A model generated the notes under the pieces. It was not told where the DNA came from. It saw nothing but the letters and a program-made list of their open reading frames with translations, and did not search any database. Below are positions 1-14,674 of a stretch of 64,000 nt of DNA, piece by piece. Source of the DNA: Vulcanimicrobiota bacterium. Lineage in GTDB: Bacteria > Vulcanimicrobiota > Vulcanimicrobiia > Vulcanimicrobiales > Vulcanimicrobiaceae. The position numbers and the translations under genes are program-made. The number at the start of each line of letters is the position of its first letter. Within the stretch, counting starts at the first letter, position 1. The stretch lies in contig CAWGBN010000003.1 of the NCBI GenBank assembly GCA_963820825.1, forward strand, positions 1 to 64,000, given 5' to 3'.

Positions 1-21
1 CGGGGGTTGAGTTACCGACAT
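1..21 (-). CDS. 5' end of a gene running off the window (MSVTQPP...)
   Basis: ATG at 21 on the minus strand preceded by SD-like AAAGGAA; only 7 codons visible. Confidence 0.3.
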
Positions 22-148
22 GAGGTTCCTTTCGGTTTTCGGGCTCCCGAGCTTTGGGTAGTTGCTTTGCTTTTGAAGGCGTGCGGCCCTTCGTCGAGCG
101 CTCGCCCGCAAGAGGCCCGGCGCCGGAATGCGTAAAACGAGCCGAGCT

Positions 149-340
149 ATGCGGCGTGCGTGGTATGCCTTGCTCATCCTGCCGTTTGTCGGAACGCTGA
201 TTCCGCCGCTCTACAACCATGCGGCTCCATCGCTGCTCGGACTGCCGTTCTTCTACTGGTATCAGCTCGCATGGATACCGGCGACCGCGGTGCTGCTCGC
301 CCTCGTCGTCGTATTGACCCGCAAGCCCGACGATGTCTAG
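149..340 (+). CDS. DUF3311 family small membrane protein (symporter accessory)
   Basis: P.YN...P.L.GLPFFYWYQLAW motif; overlaps the start of the downstream SSS symporter; alternative start at 128. Confidence 0.85.
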   Translation: MRRAWYALLILPFVGTLIPPLYNHAAPSLLGLPFFYWYQLAWIPATAVLLALVVVLTRKPDDV

Positions 341-1829
341 CGCCACGCTGATCCTCGCCGTCGCGGTGCTGGGCGTCACCGCCCTGGGATTCTTCGCGGC
401 GCGTTGGGGGCGCCCGGACCTCGGGAATCTGGAGCAGTGGGCGCTCGGGGGACGGAACTTCGGCACCATCGTCTCGTGGTTTCTGCTCGGCGGCGACCTT
501 TACACAGCCTATACCTTCATCGCCGTCCCGGCGCTCGTCTACGGCGTCGGCGCGCTGGGCTTCTTCGCCGTTCCCTACGCGACGATCGCCTATCCGGTCG
601 CTTTGGTCGTGCTCGCGCGCTTCTGGAGCGTGGCACGGCGGCGCGGGTACCTCACGACGGCCGATTTCGTCCGCGATCGCTACGGCGACCGGACGCTCGA
701 GATCGCGATCGCACTGACCGGCGTGGTCGCGGCGATGCCGTACATCGCGTTGCAGCTCGTTGGGATCCGCGCCGTCTTTGCCGAGTTCAGCACGCTTGGC
801 GCCGCCGGCTCGATTCCCGCATTGACCGTCGCGTTTCTTCTAGTCGCCGCCTACACGTATACCAGCGGACTGCGCGCGCCCGCGATGATCGCGTTCGTTA
901 AGGATACGCTCATCTACGTTACCGTCATCGCCGCCGTGGTCGTCATACCGGCGCGTTTGGGCGGTTGGGCGCACGTCTTCGCAACCGCGCAGCACGCGCT
1001 CGCTGCGCGGCCGCACCCGTCGTCAATCTACCTCGGGCCGTCGCAATACTTTGCCTATGCGACCATGGCCTTCGGGAACGCGCTCTCGCTCTTTATCTAT
1101 CCCCACTCGATCACGAGCGTGCTCGCGGCCCGCAGCCGCGGCGTGATTCGCCGCAACGCCGCGCTGCTGCCGGTCTACTCGCTCTTGCTCGGCTTTCTCG
1201 CGTTGCTGGGATACTGCGCGATCTCCGCCGGCATCGTTACGAAGGACGCGAGCAACATCGTACCGATGCTCTTTGCGCGCTTCTTCCCCGACTGGTTCGC
1301 CGGCGTCGCCGCGTCGGCGATCGTCATCGGCGCGCTCGTACCGGCCGCGATCATGTGCATCGGCGCGGCGAATCTCTTCGCGAGCAACGTCTTCCGCGAG
1401 TTTTCGCCGGAACGTCCCTCGGTCGAGACGCTCATCGCCAAGCTCCTAACCGTTGCGATCTGCGCCGTCGCGCTGCTCTTCATCTTCTTCGTGCCGGTGC
1501 CGTACGCGATCGACTTCCAGCTCCTCGGCGGCGCGCTGATGCTCCAGACCTTCCCCGCCTTCGTGCTCGGTCTGTGGACGCGCTGGTTTCACCCCAAAGC
1601 GCTTCTGGCAGGTTGGGCCTGCGGTTTAATCGCAAGCTGCTCCATGGCCTACGCGAGCGGCTTCACCTCGAACTACACGCTTCATGCCTTCGGCGGCTCG
1701 CTCACCGGACTCATCGCGCTCTACTCGCTCGCGATCAACCTCGCCGTCAGCGCCGCGCTGACGATCGTCCTTCGCGCCGCGCGATACGGCGCCGGAATCG
1801 ACCGCACGACCGCCGCGGATTACGCATGA
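333..1829 (+). CDS. Sodium:solute symporter, MctP-like monocarboxylate permease
   Basis: 498 aa polytopic membrane protein; WALGGRNFGT..WFLLGGDLYTAYTFIAVP signature. Confidence 0.9.
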   Translation: MSSATLILAVAVLGVTALGFFAARWGRPDLGNLEQWALGGRNFGTIVSWFLLGGDLYTAYTFIAVPALVYGVGALGFFAVPYATIAYPVALVVLARFWSVARRRGYLTTADFVRDRYGDRTLEIAIALTGVVAAMPYIALQLVGIRAVFAEFSTLGAAGSIPALTVAFLLVAAYTYTSGLRAPAMIAFVKDTLIYVTVIAAVVVIPARLGGWAHVFATAQHALAARPHPSSIYLGPSQYFAYATMAFGNALSLFIYPHSITSVLAARSRGVIRRNAALLPVYSLLLGFLALLGYCAISAGIVTKDASNIVPMLFARFFPDWFAGVAASAIVIGALVPAAIMCIGAANLFASNVFREFSPERPSVETLIAKLLTVAICAVALLFIFFVPVPYAIDFQLLGGALMLQTFPAFVLGLWTRWFHPKALLAGWACGLIASCSMAYASGFTSNYTLHAFGGSLTGLIALYSLAINLAVSAALTIVLRAARYGAGIDRTTAADYA

Positions 1830-2224
1830 GCGAAGCGATCAATCCGCCGGGCTGGCCGCGGCCCAGCGGTTACGCAAACGGCATCGTAGCCGAAGGACGC
1901 TTTCTCGCCATCTCGGGACAGATCGGATGGAACGAGCGCGACGAGCTCGTCGCCGAAGACTTTCTCCCGCAAGCCGCTCAAGCGCTGCGCAACGTGATGG
2001 CAGTGCTTCGCGCCGCCGGCGGTCAACCCGAGCACCTCGTCCGCCTCACCTGGTACGTGACCAGCACGCAAGAGTATCGCGAGAATATTCGCGCCCTCGG
2101 CGTAGCCTACCGTGAGATCCTCGGCACGCATTACCCGGCGATGGCACTCGTACAAGTCGCCGCGCTCCTCGAATCCGGTGCCAAAGTCGAAATCGAAGCC
2201 ACGGCAGTGCTGCCAACAGCGTAA
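1826..2224 (+). CDS. RidA/YjgF family protein
   Basis: PPGWPRPSGYANG, ISGQIGW, YPAMALVQV, KVEIEATAV; ATGA overlap with the symporter stop. Confidence 0.9.
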   Translation: MSEAINPPGWPRPSGYANGIVAEGRFLAISGQIGWNERDELVAEDFLPQAAQALRNVMAVLRAAGGQPEHLVRLTWYVTSTQEYRENIRALGVAYREILGTHYPAMALVQVAALLESGAKVEIEATAVLPTA

Positions 2225-2271
2225 TCGCGCGTCTCCCACCTCGAACGAGGACCGTCTGACCGAGCGTGCGG

Positions 2272-3891
2272 TCAGCGCAGTTTGTAGCGCTGGAGCTTTC
2301 CGGTCTCGGTACGCGGCAGCTCGGCGACGAATTCGATCTCGCGCGGCGCTTTGAACGGCGCGATCTGCGCCTTGCAGAACTCCCGCAGCTCCTCCGCCTT
2401 CGCGTCGCTCGCGTCGCAGCCGTCGACGAGCACGACGAAGGCCTTGACGAGGTGCGTCTCCTTCTCGGGATCGCGCTTGCCGACGACGGCCACTTCGTCG
2501 ACGTCGGCGTGCGCGATGAGCGCCTGTTCGACTTCCGGACCGGAGATGTTGTAGCCGGCCGAGACGATCATGTCGTCGGTGCGCGCGACGTACCAGAAGT
2601 AGCCGTCGCCGTCACGGCGGTACGCGTCGCCCGGATAGTTCCAGCCGCGCTGCACGTAGGTGCTCTGACGTTCGTCGTGGAGATACTTGCACCCGGTCGG
2701 CCCTTTCACCGCGAGACGCCCGACCGTCCCGTCCGGAACCGGGCGGCCGTCGTCGTCGTGGATCTCGGCGACGTAGCCCGGAACCGCGCGTCCGGTCGAG
2801 CCCGGCGCGCACTTCGTCGGCCGGCGAACCGATGAAGATGTGCAGCATCTCGGTGCTCCCGATTCCGTCGAGAATCTTCAGGCCGGTCTTTTCGTGCCAC
2901 TCTTCCCACACCGTCTTCGGCAGCGTTTCGCCGGCCGAGACGCACGTGCGCAGCGTCGAGAGGTCGTAGCGATCGCGCCCCGGCCATCGTGCGATAGGCG
3001 ATCGGCGCGGTGAACATCGTGGTGACGCCGTACTCGGCGATCGCTCGAGCAGCTCTTCCGGACCGGCGCGCTCGAGCAGCAGCGTCGCCGCGCCGACGTA
3101 GAGCGGGAAAGGAGCAGACCGCCCAGCCCGAACGTGAATGCCGAGCGGCGGACTGCCGCAGAACAGATCGTCGCGCCGCGGCTGCAGCACGCGCGACGCA
3201 TACGTATCGCAGGTGGCCAGCAGATCGCGATGATAGTGCATCGCCGCTTTCGGCGTTCCGGTCGTACCCGACGTGAAGGCGATCAGCGCGACGTCCTCGG
3301 CCGCCGTTTCGACGTTGGCAAAATCGGCCGTGGCTCGCGCTTCCACGGGCGCTCGAGCGAATCGCCTGCACTCGCTTCGTCCGAAAGTACGCGGCGTCGA
3401 CGCCGCCGAACGCGTCGCACGCGCGATCGAGCTCGTCGCGCAGCCGGCGTCGCAGAGGGCGTGCTTGACCTGCGCCTTCTCGATCATGAAGCGCAGCTCG
3501 CCGGCGCGGTAGAGCGGCATCGTGGTGACGGCGACGCCGCCGGCCTTGAGCACCGCAAACCAGCAGGCGACCAGCATCGGCGTATTCGGCGCGCGCAGCA
3601 AGACGCGATTGCCCGGCTCGACCCCGAGATCTTCGATCAGCACGCGCGCGATACGATTCGCAGCATGCCGCAAGTCGGCGTAGCTCCATGTGACGCCGGC
3701 GGGCAGGACGCATGCAGCGATCCGCCCGCCGCCGCGCTCGACGTGCCGGTCGAGCAGCCACCCGGCGGCGTTGATCGCGCGCGGAATAGCTGCGAGTCTC
3801 CGAGATCGAAGAGCAGCTCCGGCATCGCGTCGGCCGCAGGAAGGCGCTCCTCGGCAAAGCGTGTCGACGTGACCGGTGCTGCGCGCGTCAC
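2272..3891 (-). CDS. AMP-binding aromatic acid-CoA ligase (benzoate/2-aminobenzoate-CoA ligase family), multiple frameshifts
   Basis: FTSGTTGTPK, SAGETLP, DGIGSTEMLHIF, RTDDMIVSAGYNISGPEVE, LPRTETGKLQR spread over several frames. Confidence 0.85.
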
Positions 3892-5050
3892 CCGTCGATC
3901 ACGTCTGCTTGGCGATCACGAGCTGCTGAATCTCGCTCGCGCCTTCGTAGATTCGCAGCGCGCGAACGTCGCGGTAGAGTCGCTCGACGATCTCGCCGCG
4001 CGTGACGCCGCGCCCACCGAAGAGCTGCACGGCGCGATCGCAGACGCGCCCGGCCGCCTCGGTCGCAAACCACTTCGCCATCGCGGCTTCGCGCGTGACG
4101 CGCGTCGGCGCCGCCGTCCTTCGTCCACGCCGCGCGGTAGACCAGCAGCGCGCTCGCGTCGACGTCGGTCGCCATCGCGGCGATCGCGGCTTGCGTCAGT
4201 TGCAGTGCGCGCCAGCGGCGCACCGAAGAGCCGCGCGGGAGCGCACGTGCGCGACCGTCTCGTCGAAGCGCGCGCCGCGCGAATCCGAGCGCGGCCGCAC
4301 CGACCGTGCTGCGAAAGACGTCGAGCGTCGCCATCGCGATCTCGAAAGCCGTCGCCTTCCGTCGCCGATGCGATGCGAGACCGGGAGACGCGCAGCCTTC
4401 GAAGCGCACCGTTCCCAGCGGGATGCGGCGAGATCGTCTCGATGCGCTTTCCGGCGATAGCGCCGGCGCGTCGCGCGTCGACGACAAACGCGGAGAGGCC
4501 CTTCGCGCCGGGCGCTCCGGTGCGCGCGAAAACGACGTAGAAGTCGGCCAGGCCGGCGTTGGAGATCCACGTCTTCTCGCCGTCGATGACGTACGCCTCG
4601 CCGTCGCGGCGTGCGCGCGTTGCGATCGCGGCGACGTCGGAGCCGGCTTCGCGTTCGGAGAGCGCAAACGCGGCGATGCAGCCGCCCGGCGACGACGCCC
4701 GGAAGATAGCGGCGCTGCAGTTCGGCGCGTGCCGAACAGCGCGATCGGCGCGCTGCCCAGACCCTGCATCGCGAAGGCAAAGTCGGCAAGCGCCGAGCGT
4801 CGTGCCAGCGTTTCGCGCGCCAGGCAAAGCGTGCGCACGTCGAGCGCGGCCCGCAATCCTCCGTAGAGGTCGGGAACGCAGGCGCGCAGAATCCCGCCTT
4901 CGGCCAGCGCGCGCACCCACGCGCGGCAACTCTCGTCGGCGTCGTCGCTCGTCGTCGAGCACGTCGCGCCGTTCGAGCCACGTCTCCAAGGCGCGCGACG
5001 AACGCGCGATGCTCTTCGTCGAAGAACGGCCAGGCGAGTCGCCCACGCAA
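3888..5050 (-). CDS. Acyl-CoA dehydrogenase, multiple frameshifts (start approximate)
   Basis: [60 protein letters not shown]. Confidence 0.85.
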
Positions 5051-5846
5051 TTGCCTTCGAACTCCGGCGGCCGCTTGGCGACGAAGGCTTCGTAGGCCCG
5101 GCGGAAGTCTTGGCGCTCTCCATGCACGCGCCTGCGCGCGCGCTTCCGCATCGATCGCTTCGTCGAGCGGCATCGACCACTCTTCGTGCAGCATCTTTTC
5201 GTCATGGCGTGCGCGAGCGTCGGCCCGTCGCAAGCGCACGCGCGAAGTCCGCGCGCGCGCGAGCACGCTCGGCGGATCGCAGAGTTCGTTGATAGAAGCC
5301 CCACCGATAGGCGCGCTCGCCCGGGCATCGCCTTCCCGGTGTAGAGCATCTCGGCGGCGCGGCCGAGACCGACGATGCGCGGCAACATCGCGCACGCGCC
5401 CATGTCGCAGCCCGCGAGTCCGACGCGCACGAAGAGAAATGCGACCTTCGAACGCTCCGTTCCGAATCGCAGGTCGGACGCCATCGCGAGAATCGCGCCG
5501 GCGCCCGCGCACGCTCCGTCGACGGCCGCGACGATCGGCTGCGGACAGCGTCGCATGGCTTTGACGAGATCGCCCGTCATCTGCGTAAACTCGAGGAGCT
5601 CCGCCGGCGGCGCGGCCGTAAGCGGACCGATGATCTCGTGCACGTCGCCGCCCGAGCAGAAGTTACTCGCCCGCGCCGGTCAGTACGACGGCCTTGACGG
5701 CCGATCGTCGTTTTCAGAGCGTCGAAACCAGTCGCGCAGCTCGGCGTACAGCTCGAAGGTCAGCGGATTCTTACGTTCGGGCCGATCGAGCGTGACGGTC
5801 GAGTGACCGCGACTCGTACGCGCTTTCGTAGGCGTGCGTTCCTCAT
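5045..5846 (-). CDS. Enoyl-CoA hydratase family protein, frameshifted (ends approximate)
   Basis: [61 protein letters not shown]. Confidence 0.85.
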
Positions 5847-6270
5847 CGAATTCGAAACGGAAGGTCTTCTTCGTACTCGTCGCCCGCGCTATTGCGCGCG
5901 ATCACCCGCAGGCGGTAGGCGCGAATGAAGATCGGCGGCACATCGAGGACGTTGAGCGCGAAGGAAAAGCGGCCCGGGGCGCGTGTGCGGCACGTTGATC
6001 GAGAAGAGATTCGTGCGCACTTCGATGCTGGCCACGTTGGTGCCGGTGACGAACTCGCCCGACAAGCGTTCGCCGCGGCGGACGTCGAGCGAGCGAGAAG
6101 CGCATGCCGAGAATCTCCGGCGGCGCGTCATTGCGTTCGACCCGCGGAGTCGGTAATGCGGCGATTGACCGATCGGCGACGTTCGCCGGCGGATCGGCGA
6201 GGGCGTGACGCGCAGCGCCGCTAGCCAGCGCGCACGACGCGAGCGCGCCCGATCGCGAGGCAGCACGTTT
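5843..6270 (-). CDS. Hypothetical exported protein, frameshifted (start approximate)
   Basis: Coherent coding segments ([42 protein letters not shown]) ending with an ATGA overlap on the hydratase start. Confidence 0.5.
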
Positions 6271-6348
6271 GAAGTCGTACGGAACTCGTCTGCGAGGCCT
6301 CCTGCCGCGAGAAGGCGCTCGCGCACGCTTAGCGCGTAAGGCCACGCC

Positions 6349-7402
6349 ATGGTGCCGCAGCGGACCGCTCCTCGCAGCCTCGCGTTCGATTATGCGGTCG
6401 GCATCTGCTGCGTCTGGATTTCCGGCGGGTTCTTTCTCGACGCGTGGGCCCACGGACACGTCCCGGTCGAATCGCTTCTTCACGCCGTATCACGCCGTCT
6501 TCTACTCGGGCATGCTTGCGGTCGATGCTGGTTTTCGCCGGATTTGCCGTTCGCAATCGCACGCGCGGGTACGACTGGCCCGGCGCGCTTCCACGCCCGT
6601 ATCGGCTCGCACTCCTCGGCATCCCGATCTTCATTCTCGGCGGCATCGGCGACATGCTTTGGCATCACGTCTTCGGAATCGAGGAAGGCGTCGACGCGCT
6701 GCTCGAGCCCGACGCATCAGGTCCTCGGCTTGGGCATCTTCTTCTTGGCGAGCGGACCGATTCGCCGCGTGCTCGCCGACCGCACCACGCTCCACGCTGG
6801 CGCTTCAAGCGCCGCTCGCGCTCGGCCTGGCGACCTGGCTGCTCCTGGCGCATTTCGGCACCGCCTACGCGTTCGATCCCGCTGCCGGACGCACGAACGC
6901 TCCGCCGCCGATCCTTCCCGTTCACGCCCGACTACTTGACGGCGCTCGCGATCGGCTACTACAAGATTTCGATCGGCGTCCTGATCGTGATCTTCCAGAG
7001 CACGCTGATCGGCGGCTTCGCGCTCTGGCTCGTCTCGCGAATCCATCCGCGCTCCGGGAATGCTAACGCTGATCCTGCTCATCGGGAACTTCCCGGCCGC
7101 CGCGGCCTTCACCAACCATACGCCGCTGCTCGCGGTCACGATGGCGCAATCGCTGGTGACCGGAATTGCTCGCCGACGTCTTCATCGCGCGATGCGATCC
7201 GCACCCGCGCCGGCAACGATCGGAGCGTTTCGCTGGTTCGCGGTCGGCGTGCCGATGACGTACATCGGCGCCTATCTCCTTGCGACGGCTCATCACCGAC
7301 GGCATCTGGTGGGATTGGAACGTCGCGCTCGGTTCGTGGATCTGGTCGGGCGTCTGCGGCTTTGCGCTGAGCCTCTTGATCGTCGCGCGCCGCACGGCGT
7401 GA
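6349..7402 (+). CDS. Hypothetical polytopic membrane protein, frameshifted
   Basis: GFFLDAWAHGH, FFTPYHAVFYSG, GDMLWHHVFGIEEGVDALL; hydrophobic segments across frames. Confidence 0.65.
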
Positions 7403-8935
7403 TCGCGCTCGCCGCTCGCGGTGATCGCGGCGCTGCTTCACGCGGCGACGGCTTGGCGGTACGGTTACTTTCGCGACGAGCTCTACTTCATCGCCTGCTC
7501 CAAGCATCTCGCGTGGGGATACGTCGACCAGCCGCCGTTGGTCGCGTTCGCCGCGTGGCTTTCCGCACCGGCGGGCTACCAACTCGTCGCGTTGCGCGCG
7601 CTTGCCGATCGCTGGCGGCGGCGCTTACCGTCTACGTCGCGGTCGCGCTGCGCGCGAACTCGGCGGCGGACGTCTACGCGCAGCTCCTCGCCGGCATAGC
7701 GACGCTGCTGATGCCGGCCTACCTTCTGCTCGGCAATACGCTCACGACGAGCTCGTTCGAACCGCTCTTCTGGACGCTCGCGATCTACGCCGCGATTCGC
7801 ATCGTGCGCGCCGTGCCGCGTCGAGCGGCGGCGTGGTGGGCTGCTTCTCGGAATCGTCGTCGCGCTCGGGATGTACGGCAAGTACTCGATGCTCCTGCCC
7901 GTTTTCGGCATCGCGCGGGCCTGCTCGCCACGCCGCAACGCCGGGCGTCGCGCATGCCGTATCCGGCGCTCGCCGCAGGCATCGCGCTTGCGTTGCTCGC
8001 GCCGAATCTCTGGTGGCAGGGCGCCGCACGGCTGGCCGATCGTCGAAGTCTTGCGCGGCGACGCCGCGCATCGTCCGGCGTTTCAAAGCGGTCTCGTCCT
8101 CGAGACGTACCGACATCGCGCGCACACGCCGCGGCTTCGCGCTCGAGCAGCTCGTCTATACGAATCCCGCCGCCGCGCCGATTTGGTTCGTCGGTGCAAT
8201 CGTCGCACCGTTTCGGCTTGCCGCGTTGCGCGATCTGCGTTTCGTGACGATCGCGTACGATCGTCTTTCTCATCGCCGCCGCGTTCGCCGCCAAAGGTTA
8301 CTACATCGTCGGCACCTATGCGTCGCTGCTCGCGCTCGGCGCGGTCGCGCTCGAACGGGCCGCCCTTGCGCTTAGAGCCGCGCTCTTCGCCGTGCTCGGC
8401 GCGGTCGCGCTGGCGTCGCTTGCCGCTCTCGCTTCCCGTGCTTTCCGTCGATGCTCTGATCGCCTACTCGCGAACGCTCGGACTCACCGGGCGCGACGGG
8501 GCCGCACCCCAACTCGATCCAGCCCGTCTTCGCCGAAGAGTTCGGCTGGGACCGGCTCGCTCGCGACGTCGCGGGCGTCTACTTCTCACTTCCGCCGCGA
8601 GATACGTGCCCGTGCGGCGATCTATGCCGACACGTACGGCGATGCCGGCGCGCTCGACTTTTTCGGACCGCGCTACGGCCTGCCGCCCGCCATCTCGAGT
8701 CAGAACAACTACTACCTTTGGGGGACTCGCGACTACGACGGGAGCACGCTGGTCGCGATCGGCGCGACGCGCATCGACCTGCTGCGCCGGTTCTATCGCA
8801 GCGTCACGCTCGTGCGAACCTCTTCCGAACCCTACAAGTGGATCGTCGAAGGTCCCGCACCGATCTATCTCTGCCGCGATCCCGATCGCGCCGCTTCCGC
8901 CGATATGGCCGGCGCTACGCTGGTACGGCGCGTGA
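7399..8935 (+). CDS. Glycosyltransferase family 39 (ArnT/PMT-like), frameshifted
   Basis: YGYFRDELYFIAC..HLAWGYVDQPPL, EEFGW, YGDAGALDFFG, SSQNNYYLWG. Confidence 0.8.
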
Positions 8936-8944
8936 CCGCGCGCT

Positions 8945-9702
8945 CGACGACGCGTCACGGTCGCCGGAACGACGACGGCCTCGCCGGTCTGCGTACCGTT
9001 GATGCAATCGAGTACGGCCTGGGCGACCTCGTCGACCGTCGCGATGCGCCCCTCCGGATTCGCCACCGGCGAGCAGTTCGCGCGCCGCCGCTTCGCTGCG
9101 CCCCGGTGTCGCGCCGACGATGTTTGCGATCGCCCGCGCCATCATGCTCGGTTTCGGTGTACCCCGGGCAGATCGGCGTTTACCGTTATGCCGGTTCCCT
9201 CGAGCTCGGCGGCGATCGCTCGCGTAAAGCCGACGACGCCGTGCTTGCTCGCGCAATAGGCCGAAATGTACGGCGCGCCGACAAGCCCGGCGGTGCTCGC
9301 GATGTTGACGATACGGCCCCACTTCGGCGGCGATCATGTCTTCGACGGCCGCGCGCGCGCAGAGAAACGTGCCGGTGAGATTGGTCGCGATGATGCGGTC
9401 CCACATCGCGTCGCTCGTGCGCGCTCAACGGCGCCGATTCGGCGATGCCCGAGTTATTGACGAGGATTTCGATCGCGCCGTTCTCCTCGCGGCACGCGGC
9501 GAAGGCGCGGCGAACTTGCTCTTCGATCGGTGACGTCGGCTGCGGCGCGGAAGAGCCGTCCGTCGATGCGTGCGACTCGAGCGCCGAGCGGCTCACGATG
9601 CTCACCCGAGCGCCTTCGCGCGGCCAGCAGCGAGGCGATCGCCAAAGCCGATTCCGCGCGCGCCGCCGGTTACGACGGCGTGCTTGCCGCGTCTCAGGCT
9701 CA

Positions 9703-9703
<1 letters not shown>
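8945..9703 (-). CDS. SDR family oxidoreductase, frameshifted (stop approximate)
   Basis: [53 protein letters not shown]. Confidence 0.8.
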
Positions 9704-11984
<2,281 letters not shown>

Positions 11985-12075
11985 CAGCTTCTCCGAGCAT
12001 GCAGAGTATCACGCGTTACACTTTGATGAGAGCGGCAGACGAATCCCGCTCGCTGTGGTACGCTACGCACGAGCG

Positions 12076-13051
12076 ATGATGAGGACGTTAGCGTTGCGGG
12101 TACTGGTTTTGAGCCTATCTGCCGGCGTCGGCATCGCCGTCGTCGCCGGCGATGCGCGACGCGCCGCGGCAGCCGCTCCGGTCGTCATCGCAAGCGGCGA
12201 AATATTCGACCCGTACGACCATTCCCGTCACGATCGGCAACGTGCGCGCGACGTGCGTCCTCGATACCGGAACCTCGGCCATCATCGTCTCGTCGTGGCT
12301 TGCCCAACGGGCCCGGCTTTCGGGAGAGGCCGGCACCTTCGAACTCGCTCCCGACGGACGCCCTACGTCGATCGCCAAACTCAGATTCCGCGTCTCGGCG
12401 TCGCTCAGTACGCGCTTCATAACGTCCCGGCGCTGATCTCACCGAACGTTAGCGGCGATAGCGCACTCTGCGGCTACGACTTCTTCGCGCACTTTCCGAC
12501 GCTCATCGACCGCGCTCACCGTCAAGTCACGCTCTTCCCCTCGAGCTCGCAACTCGCGCGCATGCACTGCTTGCCGGTCGATCTCACGCCGCACGTACCG
12601 CTCGCCACGGTGGAGATCAACGATACGTGGGTGAGTCACATCGTGCTCGATTCGGGAATGGCCGGCGGCGGAGCGATCTGGGAGGGCGTGCGAACCCAGC
12701 TGCGCCGTCCGCTCGTCGCCGACGCCGATTACGAAACGATGCCTTCGCGATTCGGCGGGATTTGCCTGCGGCGCCGTTGCGAGCATTCGCTACGCGGCCG
12801 GCGCACCGCAGAGCTCGATGCCGATCTGCACCGAACCACAACGCCCCGACGGCTATAACGGCATCATCGAGACGAATCTCTCCTCCGTCCACGCGATGGC
12901 GATCGACTATCCGCACCGCCGTATCTGCTTCGACGTCAGCGATTATTTCGAGGTGGCGATGCCGAGCGTCCCTGCGCCGAGCGTGCCGGCGCCGGCCGGA
13001 CGCAACGCTTGGGCGCGCTTCAACGACCTGCGCCCGCCGAAGGGGAACTAA
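12076..13051 (+). CDS. Exported two-lobed retropepsin-like aspartyl protease, frameshifted
   Basis: Signal peptide; VLDTGTS and VLDSGMA motifs; ALCGYDFF and IDYPHRRI motifs. Confidence 0.65.
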
Positions 13052-13711
13052 TCTCGCTTTCGCGCGATGAGCAGGCCGTCGCAGATCGGCACCAGCGCAA
13101 CGTCGACGCGCTCGTCGCGACCGGCCTTCGCATTGAGCGCGCGTAATGCCACCGTATCGGGATCGTCCGTCGTTGCATCGAGCACCGCGCCGTCCCAGAG
13201 CACGTTGTCGACCAGGATCAGCCCGCCCGGGCGCACGAGCGCCAGCGCACTTTCGTAGTAGGCGTCGACGTTGGCCTTATCGGCGTCGATGAAGGCCATG
13301 TCGAAGGGCTCGATCCCGGCCGAGCGCACCTGCGCCAGCGTTTCGAGCGCCGGCGCGATGCGCAGGTCGATCTTCTGCGAGACTCCCGCTGCCTTCCAAT
13401 AGCGCCGAGCGACGCCGGTGTACTCTTCGCTGACGTCGCAGGCGAGAATATAGCCGTCCGCGGGAAGCGCCAGCGCCATCGCCAGCGAGCTGTAGCCGGT
13501 AAAGACGCCGATCTCCAGATAACGGCGCGCGCCGATCGCGTGCGCGAGCAGCTGCATGAAGCTGCCCCTGCTCGGGTCCGATCGCCATGCGCGCGCGGGG
13601 ATGGCGATCGGTCTCTTCGCGCAGTTCGCGCTGAGCCGGATGCTCGCGAACCACGGTTGCGGCGATATACTCTTGAATCGCGGGATCGATGAACGTGCTC
13701 TTTGCCGTCAT
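13048..13711 (-). CDS. Class I SAM-dependent O-methyltransferase (caffeoyl-CoA OMT family), one frameshift near 13560
   Basis: MAIGPEQG, LEIGVFTGYSSL, FDMAFIDADK, LILVDNVLWDG. Confidence 0.88.
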
Positions 13712-13734
13712 TGCCGTAGCATGATACCACATTG

Positions 13735-13765
13735 AAGAAAGAGCGCCCGAAGGCTCGGGCGCTCT
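13735..13765 (-). terminator. Intrinsic terminator after the 13784-14548 gene
   Basis: 11-bp stem AGAGCGCCCGA/TCGGGCGCTCT with 4-nt loop, followed by TTCTT on the minus strand. Confidence 0.7.
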
Positions 13766-13783
13766 GCTTCTCTCGTGCCGGTT

Positions 13784-14548
13784 TTATCGAGTCGGCGGAG
13801 GTGTCGGCGCGTCGTCGTCGGGCGTCGATGCATCCGCACCCGAGCCGTCGTCCGTGCTCGGCGCGACATCCGAGGCCGGCGTCTCGCCGGGCGGCGGCGC
13901 TTGGTCGGAGGCGGCGACGTTCGAGACCGGTGCGTCTTGCAACGGCGTCGCGTACGACGGGATGGTCGCGTAGGACGTGGACGCGCCGTACGACGCCGAA
14001 CCGTACGCCGGGATCTGCGCGTATGACGGCATCGCCGCTTGCGTCGAAAGCGGCTCTTCCGACGGCACGGCCGCGACGGGCGGAGCGTATGCCGGCGGTT
14101 CGGAGCCGTCGCGGGCGATATCGTCGAGACCGCGATTCGAGCCGTAGACCATTGCGACGGTTTTTTGCGTGATGGCGGCATCCGGATAGACCGAGCGCAT
14201 GAAGGCGAGCGCCGCCATGCCGGTCGCGCTCGAAACTTGCCCCGCACGCCAGTATTCGCGCATCAGATGGCCGAGCATCGGCGCCAGCCACGGATCGCTC
14301 GGATACTTATGCTGCCAATCGCGGATCGCAAGTTGCAGGTGGTCGAGATAGGCACCGACCGATGGATCGAGCATGGAACGATCGTCGAGGCGATCGTAGT
14401 CGCTCAAACGGTTGCGGATCTCGAGCACGCTCTGTTGGTAGGGACCGAAGTATTCGTCCGCCGGCGCGGCCTTTGAGGTGACGTCGGCTCGCGCCGCCGC
14501 AAGGGTGACAACGAGCAGAACGACGAGGGTGGTAAGTATTTTGCGCAT
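13784..14548 (-). CDS. Hypothetical exported protein with low-complexity Pro/Ala/Asp tail
   Basis: Signal peptide, APADEYFGP motif, SD GGAAGG. Confidence 0.75.
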   Translation of the reverse strand: MRKILTTLVVLLVVTLAAARADVTSKAAPADEYFGPYQQSVLEIRNRLSDYDRLDDRSMLDPSVGAYLDHLQLAIRDWQHKYPSDPWLAPMLGHLMREYWRAGQVSSATGMAALAFMRSVYPDAAITQKTVAMVYGSNRGLDDIARDGSEPPAYAPPVAAVPSEEPLSTQAAMPSYAQIPAYGSASYGASTSYATIPSYATPLQDAPVSNVAASDQAPPPGETPASDVAPSTDDGSGADASTPDDDAPTPPPTR

Positions 14549-14674
14549 TGTACCTTCCTTGAAGTAGTCGACCGCACAATTGCGGTCTGCGATAATTGTC
14601 GGAAGGTACGCAGCACGAATGCCGCGTTGAAGCGTGAACGCGGGATTACAAGCGATTAAACTGGCGCTCGCCGG